DNA from: Candidatus Caribbeanibacter nitroreducens
GTDB lineage: Bacteria; Gemmatimonadota; Gemmatimonadetes; Palauibacterales; Palauibacteraceae
Direction of reading: 5' to 3'
NCBI GenBank assembly: GCA_947581645.1
Contig: CANPVF010000123.1
Coordinates: forward strand, 12,838-76,837
DNA: 64,000 nucleotides
In this document: positions 57,351 through 64,000 of the stretch, piece by piece
How positions within the stretch are numbered: position 1 is the stretch's first letter
Layout of the letters: each line of letters begins with the position of its first letter
Program-made: the position numbers and the translations under genes
The notes under the pieces: model-generated
The model's input: the letters and a program-made list of their open reading frames with translations, nothing else
Databases searched by the model: none
What the model was told of the DNA's origin: nothing

Positions 57351-58316
57351 TCAGGCCTCCTGCTCGGAGCGGGTCAGCCCCAGGTCCAGCTCGTCGGCCA
57401 CGAGCGATCGGCCGCCGGCCTTCACCGTCAGCACGGGGGGAACGCTCCGGCGGATGACGCCCTCGGCCACCGACCCCAGCAGGGCCCGCTTCACGCCCGT
57501 GAGTCCGTGAGTGCCGACCACCACCAGGTCGGCTCCGTTCTCCGCGGCGAAGTCGGCGATGCCGGGCGCCGGCCGATCCTCGACCACGTGGACGGAGGCG
57601 TGGATTCCCGCCTCCTCGATGCGACCCAGCGCCTTCTCCAGCCGCTCGGTGACGCGCTCCTTGATCTCGGCGGCCATCTGCTCGCCGGTGAGGGGGGCGG
57701 GATAGTAGAAGTCCGGGTACGTGATCTCCTCGATGACGTGCAGGAGCTGCAGGTCGGCGTCGAACTCGCGGGCGAGCCCGACGGCGTGCTGCAGCGCCAG
57801 CTCCGAGTGCTTCGAGAAGTCCACCGGCGCCAGGATCGTCCCGAAGCCCGCCACCGTCGCCGGCTCCTCCTGCTCACGGGCGGTGAGCACGGGGCAGGGG
57901 ACGCGGCGCACGACTTCCTCGGTGACGCTGCCCAGCATCAGGTGCCGCAGCCCCCGTCGCCCGTGGGTGCCCATGACCACGAGGTCGATGTCCTTCTCGT
58001 CGACGTACTCCATCACGACCGGCGGCGCGGAGATGCCCCTGCGCTGCTCCCGCACCACGGTGAGCGGCTCGGGGGCGTGCTCCTCGACGATGTCCTTCAT
58101 CCGGGCGTCCGCCCGCTGCTCCAGCTCCGTCGTCAGGCTCTCCATCTCCGGGAAGTGGTGGCTCGGATTGGCCGGGTCCGACGCGTGCAGCACGTTGGCA
58201 TGGAGAAGATGGAGCTCGGCGTCGTGCGCCTCGGCCAGCGCCACCGCGTAGGGGAGGGCCTGACGGGAGGACTCCGAGAAGTCCGTCGGGAAGAGAATCC
58301 GGTCGATGTTCAGCAT
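57351..58316 (-). CDS. tandem universal stress protein (UspA) domain protein
   Basis: Two UspA domains, each with 'VVMGTHGRRGLRHLMLGSV' / 'VVVGTHGLTGVKRALLGSV' ATP-binding motifs. ATG at 58316 with GAGGA RBS. Confidence 0.8.
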   Translation of the reverse strand: MLNIDRILFPTDFSESSRQALPYAVALAEAHDAELHLLHANVLHASDPANPSHHFPEMESLTTELEQRADARMKDIVEEHAPEPLTVVREQRRGISAPPVVMEYVDEKDIDLVVMGTHGRRGLRHLMLGSVTEEVVRRVPCPVLTAREQEEPATVAGFGTILAPVDFSKHSELALQHAVGLAREFDADLQLLHVIEEITYPDFYYPAPLTGEQMAAEIKERVTERLEKALGRIEEAGIHASVHVVEDRPAPGIADFAAENGADLVVVGTHGLTGVKRALLGSVAEGVIRRSVPPVLTVKAGGRSLVADELDLGLTRSEQEA

Positions 58317-58502
58317 GGATGGTCCTCGGCTCACGGTTTCCGTTCACACGTCGCGAAGCGTCCGAATCGGCCGGTCCGCACCGGCCGCGCGGAACGTCAC
58401 GGCCAACCTACCGCGGGTCGCGGAGGGAGCGAAGTCGGGAGATCTCGCACGCCGGGGTGGAGAAAGGGAGACCGTCCCCGTGGGGAAACCCCCGCCCGCC
58501 GA

Positions 58503-59159
58503 TCACACCTCCTTCAGGAGCCCGACCTTCAGGGCGAACCGCACCAGCTCGGAGCGGTGGTTCAGCTCCAGCTTCTTCATGATCCGTGACCGGTAGGTGT
58601 CCACGGTCTTGGGGGAGATGAAGAGCTTCTCGCCGATCTCCCGGGAGCTGAAGCCCTCGGCCGTGAGCGCCAGGACCTCCTGCTCGCGGGAGCTGAGCTC
58701 GTGGAGGCGGCTCTGCTCGCCTCCCTCCTCGGCAGCCTTGTACTCCTTCAGGAGGAGCTTGGTGGCCTGCGGCGGGAGGTAGACCTCGCCCTTGGCCACG
58801 ACGTTGATGGCCTCCACCAGATCACGGTCGGCGCTGGTCTTGGTCAGGTACCCGCTGGCGCCCGCCTCCACCACGGGGACCAGGTACTCCTCCTCGGCGT
58901 GCACCGTGAGCACGAGGACGTCCACGTCCAGGTCCAGCGCGGAGATGCGGCGCGTGGCCTCCAGGCCGTCGGCCTCCGGCATGGAGAGGTCCATGATCAC
59001 GATGTCCGGATCCTCGGTCCTGGCCATATCCACGGCCTCGTCGCCGTCGGAGGCCTCGCCCACGATTGCGATGTTGCTCTCGGCATCCAGGAGGGCCCTG
59101 AGCCCCGCCCGAAACATGGCGTGGTCGTCGGCCAGAAGTACCTGGATCGGCCTGCCCAT
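58503..59159 (-). CDS. NarL/FixJ-family response regulator (REC + LuxR-type HTH)
   Basis: Receiver 'VLLADDH...DIVIMDLSMP' with phospho-Asp. C-terminal 'LSSREQEVLALTAEGFSSREIGEKLFISPKTVDTYRSRIMKKL' HTH. Confidence 0.85.
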   Translation of the reverse strand: MGRPIQVLLADDHAMFRAGLRALLDAESNIAIVGEASDGDEAVDMARTEDPDIVIMDLSMPEADGLEATRRISALDLDVDVLVLTVHAEEEYLVPVVEAGASGYLTKTSADRDLVEAINVVAKGEVYLPPQATKLLLKEYKAAEEGGEQSRLHELSSREQEVLALTAEGFSSREIGEKLFISPKTVDTYRSRIMKKLELNHRSELVRFALKVGLLKEV

Positions 59160-59406
59160 GTCAGTTCCTTCCCCGTGACTCTCTGTCCCGATTCGACGCG
59201 GCCGTGTGGGAGTTTTCCCGACCGGAGGGGCGGATCGGCCCTACGGCGGTCGCCCGCCGTTGCCCGACAGATCGGTGGCGTGACCGCCGGTAGGTTCCGG
59301 ATCGTACAGCGAAGAGGCGACCCCCTGCCCCCGAGATGACACCCATGAAGCATATCCAGCCACTACCGTCCGGACCAGAACGCGCCAGAAGCGGCGCCAG
59401 CGGACG

Positions 59407-60474
59407 ATGACCCCGGCGCGTCACGGTTGGATCGGCACCCTCCTGGGCGTGCCGCTCGGCTACAAGCTGGTGGCGGCCAGCGTCGCGGTAGCCGCGGCCG
59501 TGGCGGCGGTGACGCTTGTGGCGGTGCGGCACGTCCCGGCCGTGCAGGCGGCGCCGGACGGCCTCGTGATCGCCGGTGCATTCGCCGTCGGCGGCGTGCT
59601 CCTGGCCGTGCTGCACGGAGCGCTGGTGCGGCTGGCACTGCGTCCGATACGGGAGCTCGAGCGGGTCGCCGGGCGGGTCGAGGCGGGCGACTTCTCGGCT
59701 CGCGCGGAGCCCACGCTCTTCGCCGATCGGCAGCTGGAGCAGATCGCGGGGCAGTTCAACGACGCGCTGGACGGGATCACGGAGCTCCGGGCACGGCTGC
59801 GCGAGGTGGCGCGGCGCAGCGTGGAGCGGCGCGAGGAGGAGCGCCGGGCCCTGGCCGGTCACCTGCAGGAGGACGTGGCCCAGCGGATCGCCGCCTGTCT
59901 CCTCAAGCTCAAGGTGGCCCGCTCACCCGCCGACGACGAGGAGCGGAACGCCCTCCTCGACGAGCTCCGCGAGGAGGCGGCGTCGGTGCTGGAGAGCGTG
60001 CGTGGCCTCGCCCGGGATCTCCACCCGCCGGAGCTCGGGGACATCGGCGTGGGGCGGGCGATCCAGGCCTTCGCGCGCTCCTTCGCCGAGTCCACCGGGA
60101 TCGACGTGGAGGTGGAGCGGGACCCGGTGAACGGCGTCCTCGACGAGGAGGGGCGCCTGGCCCTCTATCGTATCGCCCAGGACCTGCTGATGAACGTGGT
60201 CCAGCGGACGCAGTGCCGCGACGTCGAGATGCGGCTCCGGACCAGCCCGGATCGGGTGACTCTGGAGCTGGCGGGACGCATGGAGGGACCGGCGGTGTCG
60301 GCGCGCTGGGCACGCTGGCCGGACTCGCCGGAGCTCACGGAGATCCGTGAGCGGGCGGTCTACGTCGGCGGCCGCGTGGTGGCCGACGGGGCGTCCGGCC
60401 CGGGGCGGATCCGGGTCGAGCTGCCGGCGGCCGTGCGCCAGGACGGTGCGGCTCGAGCGGCAGCAGTCGGATGA
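59407..60474 (+). CDS. sensor histidine kinase (two TM, HAMP, HisKA_3-type dimerisation, HATPase)
   Basis: Two TM helices, HAMP-like 'LRPIRELERVAGRVEAGDF', H-box 'LAGHLQEDVAQRIAA', and a C-terminal ATPase region. Divergent from the NarL-type regulator. Confidence 0.7.
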   Translation: MTPARHGWIGTLLGVPLGYKLVAASVAVAAAVAAVTLVAVRHVPAVQAAPDGLVIAGAFAVGGVLLAVLHGALVRLALRPIRELERVAGRVEAGDFSARAEPTLFADRQLEQIAGQFNDALDGITELRARLREVARRSVERREEERRALAGHLQEDVAQRIAACLLKLKVARSPADDEERNALLDELREEAASVLESVRGLARDLHPPELGDIGVGRAIQAFARSFAESTGIDVEVERDPVNGVLDEEGRLALYRIAQDLLMNVVQRTQCRDVEMRLRTSPDRVTLELAGRMEGPAVSARWARWPDSPELTEIRERAVYVGGRVVADGASGPGRIRVELPAAVRQDGAARAAAVG

Positions 60475-60660
60475 CCGCCGGGAGTCCGATCGGGCCTACG
60501 GGCCGGGTCCGATCCACCGGGAGGGCGGGAGGCCCGGCCCGCACGACTTGACCGATCGTCCCCCCGGGATTCCACTCTCCCCGGGGCAACGTCTCGCCGG
60601 TCCCCGTTGTTGGGAGGACAGAACCCGCGGGGACCGCCGCTCGGGGACGAGGGACGCAGG

Positions 60661-62010
60661 ATGGTCAAGAGGCTCTTCCAGAAGATCGTCGACGTCCGCG
60701 ACGAAGAGCTGAAGGCCCTCCTGTGGGCCACCGCCTACGGCTTCTTCATCCTGTTCTCCTACTACATCCTGCGGGCGGTCCGGGACGACATCAGCTCCGC
60801 CGACCGGGGCAACCTGCAGCTCCTCTGGACGGCGGTCTTCTTCGTGATGCTGGGGGCGGTCCCGCTCTACTCCTGGGTCTCGTCCCGCCTGAAGCGCACG
60901 GACTTCGTGCCGCTGGCCAACCGCTTCTTCATCGCCTGTCTGGTGGCGTTCTTCGCCGCCCTGGTGCTGCTCCCCGCCGGGGCCCGCCCCTGGATCGACC
61001 GCGTGTTCTACGTCTGGACCAGCGTCTTCGCCCTCTTCGTGGTCACGGTGTTCTGGGGGTTCGTGAACGACTGCTTCGACAACGACCAGGGGCGCCGTCT
61101 GTACGCGTTCATCGCCGTGGGCAGCTCCCTGGGGGGCATCGTCGGCTCCTCGGTCACCGCCGGCATCGCCGAGGCGGTGCCCACGTTCGGCCTCCTGCTG
61201 GTGGCCTGCGTGCCCCTGGAGGCGGCCTCCTGGTGCGTGAAGCCCATGAACCGGTGGTTCGCCGGCGAGGACCTGGAGTCGATCCGGGGGACGGAGGAGC
61301 GCCCGGACGAGGGCGAAGGCGACGCCGACGAGGTGGACGAGCCCCTGGCGGGGGACGCGTGGAGCGGCATCAAGGTGGTGTTCAGCAACCGCTACCTGCT
61401 GGGGATCGCGGCGTTCATCGCGCTCATGACCTTCGCGTCCACCATCCTCTACTTCGAGCAGGCCCACCTGGTGGGAGAGGCGATCTCCGACCGGGGGGAG
61501 CGCACCGCGTTCTACGCACAGATCGACCTGGCCGTGAACGTCCTCACGATCGTCTTTCAGGTGTACCTGACGGCCCGGATCATACGGGCGGTGGGCGTGG
61601 GGGTGAGCCTGGCGCTGATTCCGGCCCTGGCGTGCCTCGGGTTCGCGGCCCTGGGGGCCGTCCCGTCGCTGGCCGTGCTCGTGGTCGTGCAGGTAGCCTA
61701 TCGCGCCGGCCGGTACGGGGTCACGAGGCCGGCCCGGGAGATCCTGTTCACCGTCGTCGGACGGGAGCAGAAGTACAAATCGAAGGCCTTCATCGACGCT
61801 GCGGTGTACCGGGGCGGGGACCTGACCAGCGGCTGGATCTTCGCCGGCCTCCAGGCCCTGGGCCTCTCGCTGGGGGCCATCGCCCTGACGGCGGCTCCGG
61901 TGGCCGGCCTCTGGGCGCTGCTGGGGCTCAACCTGGGAGGAGAGCAGGACGAGAAGGCCGCGGCGGAGGACGCCGGGTCGTCCGGGACCGGGGTGGCGCC
62001 GACGGGATGA
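60661..62010 (+). CDS. TLC-family (ATP/ADP translocase / NTT nucleotide transporter-like) membrane transporter
   Basis: 12 predicted TM helices. N-terminal 'FFILFSYYILRAVRDDI' matches the TLC family 'ILF.Y.ILR..KD' signature as recalled. Central acidic loop. Confidence 0.65.
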   Translation: MVKRLFQKIVDVRDEELKALLWATAYGFFILFSYYILRAVRDDISSADRGNLQLLWTAVFFVMLGAVPLYSWVSSRLKRTDFVPLANRFFIACLVAFFAALVLLPAGARPWIDRVFYVWTSVFALFVVTVFWGFVNDCFDNDQGRRLYAFIAVGSSLGGIVGSSVTAGIAEAVPTFGLLLVACVPLEAASWCVKPMNRWFAGEDLESIRGTEERPDEGEGDADEVDEPLAGDAWSGIKVVFSNRYLLGIAAFIALMTFASTILYFEQAHLVGEAISDRGERTAFYAQIDLAVNVLTIVFQVYLTARIIRAVGVGVSLALIPALACLGFAALGAVPSLAVLVVVQVAYRAGRYGVTRPAREILFTVVGREQKYKSKAFIDAAVYRGGDLTSGWIFAGLQALGLSLGAIALTAAPVAGLWALLGLNLGGEQDEKAAAEDAGSSGTGVAPTG

Positions 62011-62059
62011 CGGGCCGCACTGTATCGCGACGTTTCACCATCGCGCAGGGAGGATTCAG

Positions 62060-62998
62060 ATGACGCTGTCGAGACGGGACCTGCTCAGGCTCGGACTGGG
62101 CGCCGGAGCCTTCCTCGCCGTCGGCGGCGGGGCGGGACGGGCGTCGGGGCGCGGGCTCCGGGAGATCCAGGAGGCGGACCTGATCCACCACACCATCCCC
62201 TCGAGCGGAGAGCGGATCCCGGCCATCGGGATCGGGATGCGGAACTACCGCACCGAGTGGATCGAGGAGGAGGGGCGGTATCGGCGCACGATCGAGGCCT
62301 TCCACGAGATGGGCGGCCGCGTGCTGGACACGGCCCCGTCCTACGGCGACTCGGAGAGCCACCTGGGCCGCATCCTGGAGGAGCTCGGGGTCCGGGAGGA
62401 CATGTTCATCGCCACCAAGGTGGACCGCCGGGGACGGGAGGCCGGGGTCGAGCGCATGGAGGCCTCGCTGGACCGGATCGGCACCGACTACGTGGACCTG
62501 ATGCAGGTCCACAACCTCCGGGGGTGGGAGACGCAGCTGGAGACCCTGCGGGACTGGAAGGAGGAGGGCCGGGTCCGGTACCTGGGGATCACCACCTCCA
62601 GCGACCGACAGTACGACCAGATGGCCCGAATCATGGAGCGGGAGGAGCTCGACTTCATCCAGGTCGACTACTCGCTGGGCGACAGGAGCGCCGCGGACCG
62701 GATCCTGCCCATGGCCCGGGAGCGGGAGATCGCCACCCTGATCAACCTGCCGTTCGGCCGCGGCGAGCTGTTCGAGGCGGTGGAGGGGGAGCCCCTGCCC
62801 GACTGGGCCGGAGAGATCGACGCCGACACCTGGGCGCAGGTCTTCCTCAAGTACGTGATCTCACACCCGGCCGTCACGGTGGCCATCCCCGGGACCACGG
62901 AGCCGGGGCACGCCCGGGACAACGTGGGCGCCATGATGGGGCGGCTCCCGGACCCGCCCATGCGGCGGAAGATCGAGGAGACCTACGACGCCCTCTAG
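62060..62998 (+). CDS. aldo/keto reductase with Tat signal peptide
   Basis: 'MTLSRRDLLRLGLGAGA' twin-arginine signal. AKR motifs 'LDTAPSYGDSE', 'YVDLMQVHN', 'YLGITTS'. Confidence 0.8.
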   Translation: MTLSRRDLLRLGLGAGAFLAVGGGAGRASGRGLREIQEADLIHHTIPSSGERIPAIGIGMRNYRTEWIEEEGRYRRTIEAFHEMGGRVLDTAPSYGDSESHLGRILEELGVREDMFIATKVDRRGREAGVERMEASLDRIGTDYVDLMQVHNLRGWETQLETLRDWKEEGRVRYLGITTSSDRQYDQMARIMEREELDFIQVDYSLGDRSAADRILPMAREREIATLINLPFGRGELFEAVEGEPLPDWAGEIDADTWAQVFLKYVISHPAVTVAIPGTTEPGHARDNVGAMMGRLPDPPMRRKIEETYDAL

Positions 62999-63280
62999 CC
63001 CTCGGCCGAGAGGTTGTGCACCAGGTGCCGGGCGAAGTCGTCCAGGGGCATCGTCTTGATCCGCGTGTTGCGCTTCTCCTGGTACGGTTCCAGGCAGTCG
63101 TCGTGGACGAAGGTCACCTCCCGGTAGGCGGCGGTTTCCTTCCGCTCCCAGCCGGCGCGGCCGTCGGAGCCGGGCTCGATGGTCCGGTCGCAGTACTCGC
63201 ACTTCACCAGGGGGCAGAAGCCGTCCGGTCCGCCGCGCTTGACGGTGGCCTTCTTCAGCTGTCGAACGACCAGGGGCATG
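62995..63280 (-). CDS. hypothetical small Cys-containing protein (95 aa)
   Basis: Strong RBS GAAGGAGGA before ATG at 63280. Contains 'FCPLVKCEYCDRT...HDDC' (possible Zn-ribbon-like). The track ORF's longer N-extension is Arg/Ser/Thr-rich and probably spurious. Confidence 0.4.
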
Positions 63281-63346
63281 GCGATCCTCCTTCGGAGGTG
63301 TTCGGGTCGCGGGAGATCGGGTAGGGGTGAGCGGAGACGTGGCCGT

Positions 63347-63907
63347 CTACGGCCTGGAACGGGGATAGGGACGAACGACGCTGGCCTGGGGGCCCTCCTC
63401 TCCGGACTCCTCGGCGAACGCCACCGGCGTGCCCTTCTCCAGCTGCTCGAAATCGCCCTCTCGAACGTCGTTCTCGTGGAAGTAGATCTCCCGCCCGTCC
63501 TCGCTCTCGATGAACCCGTAGCCCTCGCCCAGGAAGAGATCCCGGACCCGGCCCACGCTGTCCACGTCCGGGTGCTTGACGTCACCGCGCTGCTTGCGCG
63601 CGTAATCCTCCAGCTGCCGCTCCATGGCGTGGAAGGCCGAGGTGAGAGCCACGGACAGCTCCTCCCGGGAGGGATCGTCGCCCGGGTCCTGGCTCACCAC
63701 GAGCTCCTTCCCCGGCACCCGTGCGTCGATGCGCACGTGGTACTGGTTGCCGGTCTCGTGTCGCTTGTGCGGCATCTCCACCATGACCCGGCAGGTGATG
63801 ATGGGCTCGTAGAAGTTCTCCAGATTCTCGATCCTCCCGCGGATGTCCCGCTTGAGTTCCTCGGTAGGCTCCAGGTTGCGGAAGCTGATCTCCGGTGGTG
63901 TCTCCAT
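63347..63907 (-). CDS. hpf: ribosome hibernation-promoting factor (S30AE/HPF N-domain) fused to a C-terminal cold-shock domain
   Basis: N-terminal 'ISFRNLEPTEELKRDIRGRIENLENFYEPIITCRVMVE...VRIDARVPGKELVV...SAFHAMERQLEDYARKQRG' matches the HPF/YfiA fold pattern. C-terminal 'GRVRDLFLGEGYGFIESEDGREIYFHENDV...GTPVAFAEESGEEGPQASVV' aligns along the whole length with CspA (RNP1 'GYGFI', RNP2 'IYFHE'). Strong RBS GAGGAGGAA. Confidence 0.75.
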   Translation of the reverse strand: METPPEISFRNLEPTEELKRDIRGRIENLENFYEPIITCRVMVEMPHKRHETGNQYHVRIDARVPGKELVVSQDPGDDPSREELSVALTSAFHAMERQLEDYARKQRGDVKHPDVDSVGRVRDLFLGEGYGFIESEDGREIYFHENDVREGDFEQLEKGTPVAFAEESGEEGPQASVVRPYPRSRP

Positions 63908-64000
63908 CGTATTCCTCCTCGATGTCTCGTCGTCGACGTGCGTGGACGGTGCGGCGGGCTCCGTGGGGAGCGCTCATACGGGGCTCCGGTCCGCCACGAA

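Noticed and set aside
1-64000. Search for CRISPR arrays, IS elements/transposases, integrases, phage structural genes, toxin-antitoxin pairs
   Set aside because: I saw no short regularly spaced direct repeats, no DDE/HUH/tyrosine-recombinase signatures, and no phage-like gene blocks. The only clear repeat is the in-frame duplication inside rplU.

Overview
This is a gene-dense, very high-GC (about 70%) bacterial chromosomal segment with about 68 protein-coding genes on both strands, one tRNA-Leu(TAA), and no CRISPR array, transposase, integrase or prophage signal. Because stop codons are rare, many long Arg/Gly/Pro-rich ORFs in the track are spurious; real genes were picked by recognisable family motifs, RBS-like GGAGG/GGGAG elements, and ATGA/GTGA start-stop overlaps.

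Housekeeping content:
- rlmN and aspS.
- A phoH-yqfF(7TM-HD)-ybeY operon extended by a DUF502 gene and mgtE, all start/stop overlapped.
- recQ, an RNase G/E-family gene, and rplU-rpmA.

Metabolic content:
- A meaB / split methylmalonyl-CoA mutase / carboxyltransferase / AtuA(DUF1446)+DUF4387 / enoyl-CoA hydratase cluster.
- A minus-strand beta-oxidation-like cluster (three enoyl-CoA hydratases, a 3-hydroxyacyl-CoA dehydrogenase, thiolase, aldehyde dehydrogenase, GNAT).
- A ba3-type (B-family) heme-copper oxidase operon (IIa-II-I) with a heme O synthase.
- An FMN-reductase / heme-oxygenase / bacteriophytochrome-GGDEF module.
- An S9 peptidase, c-type cytochromes, a NarL-type two-component pair, a TLC-family nucleotide transporter and an aldo-keto reductase.

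Most unusual observations:
1. A membrane-anchored TlpA/ResA-type thioredoxin (CPAC) whose stop overlaps (ATGA) the start of the first of two tandem paralogous ~65-aa secreted six-cysteine peptides; this is the best candidate for an undescribed system.
2. Ribosomal protein L21 carrying a C-terminal Ala/Pro/Glu-rich linker plus two near-identical E3-binding-domain-like repeats.
3. A ribosome hibernation factor (S30AE) N-domain fused to a cold-shock domain.
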